From an uncultured Thermoleophilia bacterium (GTDB lineage: Bacteria > Actinomycetota > Thermoleophilia > Gaiellales > Gaiellaceae), in the NCBI GenBank assembly GCA_963839815.1, contig CAWIWF010000005.1, positions 30,045 to 94,044 on the forward strand: 64,000 nucleotides of DNA, written 5' to 3'. The translations under genes and the position numbers were made by a program. The notes below the pieces were generated by a model. It was not told where the DNA came from. It searched no databases and was given only the letters and a program-made list of their open reading frames with translations. Positions 27,049 through 37,013 of this stretch are shown one piece after another. How positions within the stretch are numbered: the first letter of the stretch is position 1; each line of letters begins with the position of its first letter.

Positions 27049-29514
27049 CTAGGCTGCCGCCGCTTCGTCGGTGCCCGGCTCGGACGGCTCGTCCTTGCCC
27101 GTGGTCTCCCCGTTCTTGCCCTGCTGCTGCGCCTGGCCCGAGCCGCCGCGCTTGCGGCGCCGGCGCCGGCGCGACCGCGACGGGCGCGCTTTCGGCGCCG
27201 GCAGGTTCTCGCTCAGCGCCAGCGCCACCTCGGGCAGCTCGGCGAGTCGCTCGCGGGCTGCCTCGATCAGTTTGGTCGATCGCGGCGTATACCCCTCCGC
27301 CGAGGCGAGCAGCGCCGCGCCGACGTGGAGCGGAAGCTCCAACGTCGCGTTGACGAGCTTGCCGGCGTTCTCCTCGTGCCGGTGCCCTCGCGAGTTGGCG
27401 AGCGCGCCGAGGAGCCGCTTGGCCTCCGGGAACTCGGCGCTGGCTCGACGGTCCTGCGACTTGCGCGTCGCCCGCGCGAGCTTCCACGTCCACCGTGCCT
27501 GGATCTGCTCGGGTGCGTCCACCTTGCCGTCGCCGATCGCCCGCAGCAGCGTGCGGATGCCCGGCAGACGGTCCTTCTCCCACGGTGGTGCCTGGGTGAC
27601 GATCGTGACCAGGTCGTCGAAGGCCTCACGGTCGATGCCCATCGAGACGCGGTCGGCGAGCGCGGTCATGCGCAGCCGCCGATTCGGGTTCTCGGCTGCG
27701 CACGTGAACAGGAACTGCTCGAGGCACACCTTGGAGGCGCGTCCCTCGGTCAGCTTCTTGACGAGCTCCGTGCGATCCTCGTAGCGCACCTGGCGGCCGG
27801 CGATCGTCGCCCAGTAGCGCTGCTCGTCCTCGTCCAGATAGCTCGGGTTGATGCGCTGCCACTCGCGCGAGATGACCGCGAGCCGGCGGCGAACGTCGGG
27901 TGTCACCGGCACGAGCCACGACGCGGGTGAGAGCCGGCGGCGGGCGCGGCGCTGTGGCCGGCGACGAGGTGCGGGGGTGACGCGCGCACCCTCGCGGTAG
28001 AAGTCGGAGTCGAGCAGCGAGTGCAGCGTCATCACGCGCTCGTTGTGGGTCGCGCTCTTGGGCACGAAGTCAACGACGATGCCTGCTTCCTTGCGCGCGT
28101 GCGTCCGCATGATTCGGCCGATGCGCTGCTGATAGACGCGGCGGGAGGCTGTCGGAGCGAGGTGCATGACGACGGTGGCGCGCGGCGAGTTCCAGCCCTC
28201 GGCCAGCAGCATGGCGTTGATGAGGACGTCGATCTCGGCGCGCTCGTAGGCGGCGAGGATCTCCGCCAGACGCACCGGCGGGGTGCGCCCGCTGACCGCC
28301 TCCGCCTTGAGCCCCGCGGCGCGGAACTCCTTGGCGAGGTTGTAGGCGTGCTCGACGCCGGCCGCGTAGACGACGCCCGGCGTCGAGTCGAAGCGGTCGC
28401 GATAGAGGCTCGCCGCCGCCTGGTTGAGCGCGGTGTGGTCGAGCACGGCGGCCAGCGCCTTCTCCTCGAAGTCACCGCCGACGATCGGCACGGAGTGAAT
28501 CGCGGCCACCGGCGGCACCCGCAGGCAGCGCAGCGGCGCGATCAGGCCGCGCCTGGCCGCGTCGGCGAGCGGCAGGTCGTCGACGGAGGCGGGGAAGACG
28601 TCCGCCACCTGCTTGGCGATCAGCTGCTCGGTCGCCGTCATGCCGATGTAGATCGGCGCGGGGAAGCTGCGGATCGCGGCGGCCGTCTTCTCCCCGAGCG
28701 CGGTGTGCGCCTCGTCGCAGATGACGAGCTGGTACGCCTCGGAATCGAGATCGCCGACGTGGCGGGCGAACCACGCGTACGTCTGAATCGTGATCAGGTC
28801 GGGCCGGGGCAGGGGCTTGCCCTTCGTCACGACCTCCTGGAAGCGGCTGCCGTATCCCTCGCTCGTCAGGTCGCGCGTGAACTGCGAGACGAGCAGCCGC
28901 CGGTGGGTGAGGATCAGGATGCCGAGCGTGCGGGAAGCCTCGACGAAGCCCGCCGCCGCGATCGTCTTGCCCGACGCGGTCGGATGGCGGAAGCGAAAGC
29001 GGCGCGATGCGCCCGGGTCGTCCTCGGGCAGCACCTCCGGCTCCTCGTCGTCTGCCAGCTGCTCCTCGTCGTCGTCCTCGTCCGCCAGGTCGGCGAGCTC
29101 CTCTGCCGCGACGGCGCCGTTGGTCCCGCCGTTGCCGTTTCCGTTGCCGTTCGGCGCTTCCTGGTTGGCGGCGATCAGCTCGGTCAGCATGCCGGCGAGC
29201 GCGTCGATCTGGTGGCGACGCAGCTCGGTGCCGGACTGGAGGCGCGGCGGCCGCTCGCTGAGCACCCGCTCGAGCCCGAGCATGAGGCCATAGCGGACGC
29301 GCCACGTATACGACGGCTGCTTCGCGCCCGCCTCGATCTCGGCGAGCGCGTCGTCGAGGGCGCGCCGGCGGGCAGTGTCGGGCGCCAGCACGACGGCCGG
29401 ATCCTCATCCGGATGGAGGAAGGGCTCGCCGGCCCAGTTCTCGGCGCGAGTCGCGGCCTCGCTCAGCGCGGCCGCGCCCGACGTCATGGTCGGTGGCTCT
29501 GCGGTGTCTTGCAT
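27049..29514 (-). CDS. DEAD/DEAH-box superfamily 2 helicase with long C-terminal extension
   Basis: Walker A HPTASGKTIAAAG, DEAH box VICDEAHTA and a helicase C region VLINAMLLAEGWNSP...QRIGRIMR. The likely start is ATG 29514 (MQDTAEPP). The tail is Arg-rich. Confidence 0.85.
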   Translation of the reverse strand: MQDTAEPPTMTSGAAALSEAATRAENWAGEPFLHPDEDPAVVLAPDTARRRALDDALAEIEAGAKQPSYTWRVRYGLMLGLERVLSERPPRLQSGTELRRHQIDALAGMLTELIAANQEAPNGNGNGNGGTNGAVAAEELADLADEDDDEEQLADDEEPEVLPEDDPGASRRFRFRHPTASGKTIAAAGFVEASRTLGILILTHRRLLVSQFTRDLTSEGYGSRFQEVVTKGKPLPRPDLITIQTYAWFARHVGDLDSEAYQLVICDEAHTALGEKTAAAIRSFPAPIYIGMTATEQLIAKQVADVFPASVDDLPLADAARRGLIAPLRCLRVPPVAAIHSVPIVGGDFEEKALAAVLDHTALNQAAASLYRDRFDSTPGVVYAAGVEHAYNLAKEFRAAGLKAEAVSGRTPPVRLAEILAAYERAEIDVLINAMLLAEGWNSPRATVVMHLAPTASRRVYQQRIGRIMRTHARKEAGIVVDFVPKSATHNERVMTLHSLLDSDFYREGARVTPAPRRRPQRRARRRLSPASWLVPVTPDVRRRLAVISREWQRINPSYLDEDEQRYWATIAGRQVRYEDRTELVKKLTEGRASKVCLEQFLFTCAAENPNRRLRMTALADRVSMGIDREAFDDLVTIVTQAPPWEKDRLPGIRTLLRAIGDGKVDAPEQIQARWTWKLARATRKSQDRRASAEFPEAKRLLGALANSRGHRHEENAGKLVNATLELPLHVGAALLASAEGYTPRSTKLIEAARERLAELPEVALALSENLPAPKARPSRSRRRRRRKRGGSGQAQQQGKNGETTGKDEPSEPGTDEAAAA

Positions 29515-29701
29515 GCGTGCGACACGGGTGTCGTGCCGCCTCCTGTGGAGATGCCGCTCGCGGATCCCTCGTGGCGAGCAGTCGCCGACCAGCATAGCGG
29601 ATCCAATCGGCGGCCATGTCCCTCCTCGAGGCGCCGAATTGGTCTCGGTTGCGGCATCGGCAGCGCGACGCGGAGCCCGGCCCCGGCGGCATACTCGCCA
29701 C

Positions 29702-30364
29702 GTGGCTGACTGGGAAGCGCTGCTCGCGCGGGCGGGCGAGCGGTACGTCGATGGCAAGGAGCGGCTCGGCAACGCCGTCGACCCGGACACGCGCCAGCGG
29801 CAGCTCACTCGCCTCGCCAACGCTGCCTACGCGGCCGGCCTCGCCTGCCTGATGACAGGGCGCAGCGAGGGGGCGATGTGGCTCGACCGAGCGGCCGTCC
29901 GCTACCGCGAGTCGTTCGCGGACGCGCCCCCCGAGAGCTGGGGCCGGCCGATCGGCGCTCTCAAGGCGCGCGTGCTGGCGGCGGATTGGGCCGGCGCCGA
30001 GCAGGAGGCGCGCTGGGCGCTCGAGACCGGCGCCGCGACGGCGGAGTCGCCGATCGGCCGCTACGCCGCCTGCCTGGCGCAGCTCGTCCTCGGCCGGGAC
30101 AGCGCGGCCCGCGTCCACGCCGACGAGATCCGGATCCGGGAGGACTTTCCTGCCGACGTAGGCGACGCGCTCGCGATGCTCGCCGCGGGCACCGACCGGA
30201 TCGGCTACATCGAGGCGGTCGAGAGCGTCCTCGAGTCCTTCGAGGAGCGCACCGAGTACCTCGAGGACGTCCCCGTGGCGGACACGGTGATCGTCTTGCA
30301 GGCGCTCGCCGAGCGTCGCGAGCTCGCCGCCGAGCTCCTCTCGCCCCTGCTGCCGCCTCCCTGA
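29702..30364 (+). CDS. hypothetical all-helical protein
   Basis: In-frame GTG at 29702. The 220-aa product starts VADWEALLARAGERYVDGKERLG and has balanced composition. The upstream part of the ORF is antisense to the helicase 5' end. Confidence 0.55.
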   Translation: MADWEALLARAGERYVDGKERLGNAVDPDTRQRQLTRLANAAYAAGLACLMTGRSEGAMWLDRAAVRYRESFADAPPESWGRPIGALKARVLAADWAGAEQEARWALETGAATAESPIGRYAACLAQLVLGRDSAARVHADEIRIREDFPADVGDALAMLAAGTDRIGYIEAVESVLESFEERTEYLEDVPVADTVIVLQALAERRELAAELLSPLLPPP

Positions 30365-30543
30365 CTCCGCCGGCTCGGCCGACCGAGCGGACCGCGCGGA
30401 GGAGCGCGCCGGTTCGGTGGGCATCTCGTCACAGATTCGGCACCTCCGCGTCACCCACGAGCGCGTCTCTCCCGGCTAGCGTCGAGATCGGAGGGAGGCC
30501 CGCGGCCGGCCCCCGGGGACGTGACCCTTCCGGCCCTGTCCGA

Positions 30544-31212
30544 TCAGGACAGGAGGGCGCCCGCGGCAGGGTCCAGGATCGCCACGGTCCGGCGCCCGCG
30601 AATCAGGCTCGCGGGGGTCTGCGCCGAGGGAGGCTCGGCGAACGCGCGCCGGACGGCTGCGGCCTTGTCCTCACCCTTCACCAGGTAGACGAGCACCTGC
30701 GCAGTCGCGAAGACAGGCGGCGTCAACGTCACCCGAGAGACGAACGGCTCCAGTCCCGCGTCCGCCGCCACTGCGCGCCGAGTGGTCTCCTGGAGACCCG
30801 GCGCGCCCGGGAAGAGGGAGGCTGTGTGACCGTCGGGCCCGATGCCGTTGAGCGCCAGCGCGAGCGTCACGCCCTCCAGCTCGTGGTCGTAGCGGCGCGC
30901 CGCCTCCTCGGCGCCGAGCTCCCCCTCGATGCGGTGAACGGCCGCCGGCCCCGCTGTCAGCCGGTCGAGCAGGCTCGCGCGCGCGAGCCGGTAGTTGGAG
31001 CGCTCGTCGTCCGGGCCGACGGCGCGGTCGTCGCCCCACCAGACCTCGACATCGCTCCAGTCGGGCGCCATCGCTGCGGCCTGGGCGTGCGCCTCGCCGA
31101 CCGTGCCGCCTCCCGAGAGCGCCACGTGCCCGCCGCGCCGGGCCGCAGCGGCCAGGACGCCGGCGGCGACGCGGGCGGCGTCGTCCTCGATGCGGATCTC
31201 GACGTCCGTCAC
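30544..31212 (-). CDS. pgl: 6-phosphogluconolactonase
   Basis: 222 aa with ALSGGGT...VWWGDDRAVGPDDERSNY...GIGPDGHTASLFPG, matching Pgl/DevB motifs. Confidence 0.85.
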   Translation of the reverse strand: MTDVEIRIEDDAARVAAGVLAAAARRGGHVALSGGGTVGEAHAQAAAMAPDWSDVEVWWGDDRAVGPDDERSNYRLARASLLDRLTAGPAAVHRIEGELGAEEAARRYDHELEGVTLALALNGIGPDGHTASLFPGAPGLQETTRRAVAADAGLEPFVSRVTLTPPVFATAQVLVYLVKGEDKAAAVRRAFAEPPSAQTPASLIRGRRTVAILDPAAGALLS

Positions 31213-31277
31213 GGGCGTCGGTCGGCGTCGCGTGCCGGCCTCGGCGAAGCGGTCCCCGCCGGCCGGGGCGCCGGCAC

Positions 31278-32096
31278 TCAGGTCTCGCCGGCGGCGAGCT
31301 CCTGCGAGCGCTCCATCGCCGCCTGGATGGCGTTCAGGAAGGCTGCGCGCACGCCGGCGCGCTCGAGCTCGCGGATCGCCCGGATCGTGGTGCCGCCGGG
31401 CGAGGTCACCATCTCCCGCAGCTCGACCGGATGCATGCCCTCGTCGCGCAGGAGCTTGGCTGTCCCCAGCATGGTCTGGACGACGAGCTGCGTCGTGATC
31501 TCTCGCGAGAGGCCGAGCAGGATCCCCGCCTCGATCATCGCCTCCGCCAGCAGGGCGAAGTAGGCAGGCCCCGAGCCGGAGACCGCCGTGACGGCGTCCA
31601 TGTACCGCTCCGGGACGCGCACGACCGAGCCGACGTGGCCGAGGACATCCTCCGCAAGCGCCAGGTGGGCGTCATCGGCATGTGCTCCGGCGCAGATGCC
31701 GGCGACGCCCTCGTGCACGGTTGCGGGTGCGTTCGGCATCGCGCGTACCACCGGGACGCCCTCGGCGACCCGCGACTCGATGTGGGCGGTTGGGATGGCG
31801 GCCGCCACCGACAGCAGCGTCTGCTCGGGTGTCAGCAGGCCCCCGATCTCGCCGAGCAGCACCTCGAAGTCCTGGGGCTTGACGGCGACCACGATCACCG
31901 CCGCGTGGACGACCGCCTCCGTGTTGGACAGGGTGCCCGCGACGCCGTAGCGGTCGTGCAGCTCGTCGACGCGCTCCTGCCGGCGGCCCGTGACGACGAT
32001 CTCGTCGGGACGCCGCCAGCCGGAGCTGAGCAACCCGGCGAGCAGCGACTCGCCGATCTTGCCGGCGCCCAGAATGGCGATGCGGCGCTCGTCCAC
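31278..32096 (-). CDS. proC: pyrroline-5-carboxylate reductase
   Basis: 272 aa with IAILGAGKIGESLLAGL...RAMPNAPATV...VTSPGGTTIRAIRELE. Confidence 0.92.
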   Translation of the reverse strand: MDERRIAILGAGKIGESLLAGLLSSGWRRPDEIVVTGRRQERVDELHDRYGVAGTLSNTEAVVHAAVIVVAVKPQDFEVLLGEIGGLLTPEQTLLSVAAAIPTAHIESRVAEGVPVVRAMPNAPATVHEGVAGICAGAHADDAHLALAEDVLGHVGSVVRVPERYMDAVTAVSGSGPAYFALLAEAMIEAGILLGLSREITTQLVVQTMLGTAKLLRDEGMHPVELREMVTSPGGTTIRAIRELERAGVRAAFLNAIQAAMERSQELAAGET

Positions 32097-32105
32097 GGCG
32101 CGAGT

Positions 32106-33020
32106 CTATGCCGCCGCGACGCGCGCCTCGGCCGCCCGCAGACGAGCCTCGGCGTCCTGGAGGCGGCGCAGGTCATCGCGTGGGACGGGCAGCAGGCCGC
32201 GGCTCCAGCCGGCCAGCAGGTACGCGCTCGCGAGCCCTGCCCACTCCTCGTAGTGCGTGAGCAGCTCCGCCGTCTCCCAGCCCTCGACCCAGCGGCCACG
32301 CATGGCAGCGAGCAGCTTCACCAGCCCCAGGTCGCCGACGAGCGGACGGTCGAAGCGCCCCAGGCCCTCGAGGAAGACGACGCCGACCGACCACGGCCCG
32401 AACCCGCGCTCGCGCTCGAGCCGTGCGGCGACAGCGTCCGGGTCCGCCTCGTGCAGCCGCTCCAGGTCGACGGAGCGGCACAGGCGAACGAGGGTCGCGG
32501 CCTTTCGCGCCGACAGTCCGTCCCGGCAGAGCCGCACGGGTGCGGTGCCGGCGAACGCGGCCCGCGTCGGCGCGGCAGCGAGGGGGCCGGGGGTGGGCGA
32601 GACCGCGCGGACGATGCGCCGCTCGATCGCCCGGGCGCGCCTCGCCTCGATCAGCTGGCCGGCGAGCGCGCGCAACAGCGCCAGGCAGACCGACTCGGTC
32701 CGAACGGGCCGCAAGCCCGCGAGCTCGCGCAGCGTCCGGCCGAGCATGTGGTCGGCGGCAAAGCGACGCAGGAACTCCGAGTGGTCGTCGTCGATGCCAA
32801 GCACGAACCGGAGCCGATCGACGCCGCCGTCAGACTCGGCGGCGACGCAGATCGTTCCGTCCGGCCGCTGCCAGGCGCGCGCCAGCTCGTGGCCGTCGTC
32901 GACCGTGACGCGAGCCGTCAGGACGCCGTCGCGAAAGCGTCGGGTCGCGTCCCCCGCGTGCCGGGCGGACAGTCGCAGCGAGTACGGGCCGCGCGGGCGG
33001 AGCTCGGCATGGACTGGCAC
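32106..33020 (-). CDS. DNA-3-methyladenine glycosylase II-like (HhH-GPD, AlkA family)
   Basis: The protein-like part starts at VPVHAELRPRGPYSL (GTG 33020). The HhH-GPD region is ERERGFGPWSVGVVFLEGLGRFDRPLVGDLGLVK. Confidence 0.8.
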   Translation of the reverse strand: MPVHAELRPRGPYSLRLSARHAGDATRRFRDGVLTARVTVDDGHELARAWQRPDGTICVAAESDGGVDRLRFVLGIDDDHSEFLRRFAADHMLGRTLRELAGLRPVRTESVCLALLRALAGQLIEARRARAIERRIVRAVSPTPGPLAAAPTRAAFAGTAPVRLCRDGLSARKAATLVRLCRSVDLERLHEADPDAVAARLERERGFGPWSVGVVFLEGLGRFDRPLVGDLGLVKLLAAMRGRWVEGWETAELLTHYEEWAGLASAYLLAGWSRGLLPVPRDDLRRLQDAEARLRAAEARVAAA

Positions 33021-33713
33021 GAGCCCGGGACGATACGGCGCAGCCCCGACACCGCGCTCGTCTACGCTCCCCGGCCAACCGAGGGAGGCCCTTCGAGACG
33101 CCGACTCGCCCAGGCAATCTCGCTCCGCAGCAGGAAGCGCAAGCTGCAGCTCTTCCTTGAGCGCCTGCAGCCCGACGAGCAGACGACGGTCGTGGACGTC
33201 GGCGTCACCGACGCCGCCTTCGGCGACGCCGCCGGCCACCCCGCGGACAACTTCTTCGAGGCCCTCTACCCGTGGCCCGAGCGGATCACGGCCGTCGGGC
33301 TGGCCGACTTCCCGCGCTTTCGGAGCGCGTTCCCGGCCGTGCGCTTCGTGACCGCGGACGGGAGGCGACTCCCGTTCGCCGACCGCGAGTTCGACGTCGG
33401 CCTGTCGAACGCCGTCCTCGAGCACGTTGGCGGCGAGGACGAGCAGCGTGCGTTCGTCCACGAGCTCTGCCGGGTGGCAGGCCGCGTGTTCGTCTCCACC
33501 CCGAACCGCTGGTTTCCGATCGAGGTGCACACGCTGCTGCCGTTCGTGCACTGGCTGCCGCGGGGCCGGGCCGAACACGCCTTCCGCATGCTCGGAGCCC
33601 AGGGGGCCGAGTCGCTGCGCCTGCTCGGTCCCCGTGAGCTGGCGGCGCTGTTCCCGTACCGTGTAGAGATCGTGAACACCGGCATCAACCTCGTCGCCAT
33701 CGGGCCCGCATGA
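33009..33713 (+). CDS. class I SAM-dependent methyltransferase
   Basis: Contains VVDVGVTD...LPFADREFDVGLSNAVLEHVGGEDEQRAFVHELCRVAGRVFVSTPN. The start is uncertain. ATG 33009 would overlap the divergent AlkA start by 12 nt. Confidence 0.7.
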   Translation: MDWHEPGTIRRSPDTALVYAPRPTEGGPSRRRLAQAISLRSRKRKLQLFLERLQPDEQTTVVDVGVTDAAFGDAAGHPADNFFEALYPWPERITAVGLADFPRFRSAFPAVRFVTADGRRLPFADREFDVGLSNAVLEHVGGEDEQRAFVHELCRVAGRVFVSTPNRWFPIEVHTLLPFVHWLPRGRAEHAFRMLGAQGAESLRLLGPRELAALFPYRVEIVNTGINLVAIGPA

Positions 33714-34207
33714 GCATGCTCGATCCCGGTGTCGACATCGGTCACGTCCACCTGAAGGTGGCCGATCTCGAGCGCGCCGTCAGGTTCTACTCCGACGTCC
33801 TCGGCTTCGAGCTCACGCAGCGCTACGGCGATCAGGCGGCCTTCCTCGCGGCCGGCGACTACCACCACCACATCGGCCTCAACACGTGGGAGAGCGCGGG
33901 TGGAACGCCGCCTGCGCCGGGAACCACGGGGCTCTTCCACGCGGCCATCCGGTACCCGACCCGCGCGGCACTCGGCCGTGCGCTCCGGCGGCTGGTCGAG
34001 CACGAGGTTACGCTCAGCGGCGCGTCCGACCACGGCGTCAGCGAGGCGCTCTACCTCCGGGATCCGGACGGCAACGGGCTCGAGCTCTACTACGACCGCC
34101 CGCAGGAGCAGTGGCCGCGCGACGCGAACGGTGGCATCGCGATGATCACCGCTCCGCTCGACCTCGACGGCCTGCTGGCTGTAGCCGACGACGCGGGCGT
34201 TCGTTAG
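33710..34207 (+). CDS. VOC (glyoxalase/bleomycin-resistance/dioxygenase) family protein
   Basis: 165 aa with IGHVHLKVADLERAVRFYSDVLGFEL...HHHIGLNTW...SEALYLRDPDGNGLELY. Confidence 0.85.
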   Translation: MSMLDPGVDIGHVHLKVADLERAVRFYSDVLGFELTQRYGDQAAFLAAGDYHHHIGLNTWESAGGTPPAPGTTGLFHAAIRYPTRAALGRALRRLVEHEVTLSGASDHGVSEALYLRDPDGNGLELYYDRPQEQWPRDANGGIAMITAPLDLDGLLAVADDAGVR

Positions 34208-34247
34208 GTTGAGTCGCCCGCGATCGCAGAGGGAGGATGGGCCGGTC

Positions 34248-37005
34248 GTGCGGAGTCGACGACGCGTTTCCCCGGAGAAGCTCAGTGATGAGATCGGCGC
34301 GCTGCTCGAGCGCGAGCGGGAGCGCCAGGCGGCGACGCTCGAGCGTCTCCAGGCCGACCTCGCCGGCGCTGCCGAGCGGGTAGCCGAGCGGTCACAGGCG
34401 CTGGAGGAGCGCGAGCGGGCAGCGACTGCTGCCCAGCGCGAGCTGGCGGAGCGCACACGGGAGCTCGACAAGCGTGAGCGCGGAGTTGCCCAGGCGGAGA
34501 CGGCACTGGAGGCGAGTCGCACGGAGGTCGAGCGCGTCCGCCGCGAGCTCGAGCAGGTCGAGCAGCTGCATCAGGTGACCGTTTCTCGGGCGCGCGCGGA
34601 GGCGACGGAGCTGGCCGAGCGCGCGCAGGAGCTCGGACGCTCCGAGCAGGCGTTGGCGGCGCAGCGCTCCCAGCTCGAGGAGCGCCTTGCCGGCCTGGCG
34701 GCCAAGGAGCGCGAGCACGACCAGCAGCTGGCCGAGCTGACGCGCGCTCGCGAGGCGGAGCTGGCCGAGCGCGAGCGGCTGGTCGCCGCAGGGGAAGAGG
34801 CCTTGACGGCCCGCGACGCGAGCCAGGAGCCCCGAGAGCGCGCGCTCAGCCGCCGCGAGGCCGAGCTCGAGCGCCGTGCAGCCGCCGTGGCCGACAGCGC
34901 GCAGGAACTGGCAGAGCGCGAGAGGTCGCTCACGGCCGACGTGCACGAGCGCGAGACCGAGGTCACGACGCGTGAGGGCGAGCTCGACCGGCGCGAGCAG
35001 GCGCTCGCTGCGCGCGAGAAGGACGTCAGGGACCGGGATCGCGCCTCGCGAGGGAGGTCGAGCGCCTGGACGATCGCGGCAGTCCGCCGACCAGAAGCTC
35101 GCCGAGCGCGTGGCGGCCGGAGGAGCTCGAGCGCCTGGCTCGCGAGCGCGAGACCGCCAGGCTCGCGCGCACGCAGAAGCTCGCCGAGCACGTCGGCGCG
35201 GCTCGACGAGCGTGAACGGCCGCCGCACTCCGTGCGCGAGCGAGCCGGAGGCGTGCGTAACGAGCCTGGAGGCGCGTGCAGCAGGCCCTAGGGGCCTCAG
35301 CCGATGAGCAGGCGCTCGCGGCGGCGGCGGAGCGCCAGGAGCAGGAGCTCGCCGAGACGCTCGCGCAACGTGAGCGCGAGCTCGAGGCGCGTCTCGCCCA
35401 GCGCGAGCGGGAGGCCGAGGCCGGGCTCGCAGAGCGGCGTCAGGCGCTCGAGGTGGCGCGCAAGGCGTGGGAGGAGCAGCAGGCCCGGGACGAGGCTCAG
35501 GCCGAAGCGCGGCAGCGCCATCAGGAGCAGGAGCTGGAGGCGGCGCTGAAGCGACGCGAGGAGGAGCTCGAGCAGCGTCTCGCCGACCGCGAGCGTGCGG
35601 TGACGGAGCGGGAGCGCGCACAGGCCGCGGCCGCCGCGGAGCAGCAGCAGGAGCTCGAAGCCCGCCTGGCGGAGCGTGAGCAGGAGTCCGCTGCCGCCCT
35701 GGTAGAGCGCGAGCAGGCGCTGGTGGAGCAGGAGCAGGCGCTTGCGGAAGCCCGCGCCACAGCAGGAGGCCGAGGTCGCCGAGCAGCAGCGTGCGCTCGC
35801 AGCCGTTCGAGCGGCCCATGAGAAGGATCTCGCAGCCGAGAAGCAGGCGGCTGCGGCGCAGCGCGCCGTCCTCGAGCAGCAGCTCGCCGAGCGACGGCAG
35901 TCCTGGGAGAGCGAAACGTCCCGCCGCGAGCACGAGCTCGCCGCGCGCCTGCAAGAGGCCGAACGGACGGCCGAGACGGAGCTCGAGGCGACACGGCGAC
36001 AGGTCGTGGAGGAGCTCAAGCAGCGCGAGCAGTCGCTGGCTCGGACGCTCGAGGAGCGCGAGCGCGCCTTGGCGGGGGAGCTGGCGCGGCGCGAGCGCGA
36101 GCACTCGACCCGGCTGGAGGAGCGACGGCAGGCGCTGGAGGCCGAGCATCGCCAGCGCACTGAGGCCGTGGCCGCGCGTGATCGAGAGCTCGCCGAGCGC
36201 ACCGAGACAGTCGACCGGCGGGATCGCGAGCTCGGCGACCGCGAGCGCGCGATGCAGCGCGAGCTCGAGCAAGGACGCCGGACGCTCGAGCGGGAGCTGG
36301 CAGATCGTGAGCGCCGCGCACGCAGCGAGCTCGAGCAGCGGGAGCGCGAATTTCTGCGCAAGGCGGAGGAGCGCCAGCGCGCGGCCGAGGAGGCGCTCGC
36401 TGCACGCGAGCAAGGGCTGGCGCAACGGGAGAGCGAGCTCGAGGAGACGTGGCGGCGCATCGAGCAGGAGGCGCTCGAGCGAGTCGAGCTCGAGACCGCG
36501 CGCCATCTCGAGGAGCTCACCGAGCGGGAGCGCGCCCTCGGCCGGCGCGAGGCCGAGTTGCGCGAGCACGAGATCGCGGTGCGCGACTCGACGTGCCGCC
36601 GCACAGGAGGAGCAAGCGGCTTCGGTCGCTACCGCCGAGGCGGCACACGAGCCGCCCGTCGAGGCGGAGCCGGTCGCGGACACGCCGGCCGAGCAGCCAG
36701 TGATGGCGCTCGTGCCGGACCTGCCGCGCGACGATCAGGCGGCGTCTCCGGTTGGCAGTGCCAGGGCCGACGGAGAGCCCTCCGCGGGCGGGCCGATGCG
36801 CGTAGACGACCGCTGGGACCTCGAGGCGCTCGCCGCCCTCGTCGAGGAGCGAGCCGCCGACTTCCCCGATCGGGTGGAGGAGTGGCGCGCCTACATCGTC
36901 TACCTGCGGGACTTCGTCGGAGACGACCGGCTGCTCCCCGCCGCCTTCGACGGCCTGGTCGTCGACGTCTTCGGCGGTTTGCTCGAGTTACACGACCGGG
37001 CATAA
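34248..37005 (+). pseudogene. very large Glu/Arg/Ala/Leu coiled-coil protein with globular C-terminal domain, broken by multiple apparent frameshifts
   Basis: Continuous ERERxL/AEREx-type coiled-coil text can be followed through frame 3 (34248-~35040), a scrambled stretch (35040-35280, at least 3 frame changes), frame 2 (to ~35755), frame 3 (to ~36590) and frame 1. It ends with DDRWDLEALAALVEERAADFPDRVEEWRAYIVYLRDFVGDDRLL and TAA at 37003-37005. An SD GGGAGGA precedes the GTG at 34248. Confidence 0.7.
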
Positions 37006-37013
37006 GGCCCCTC

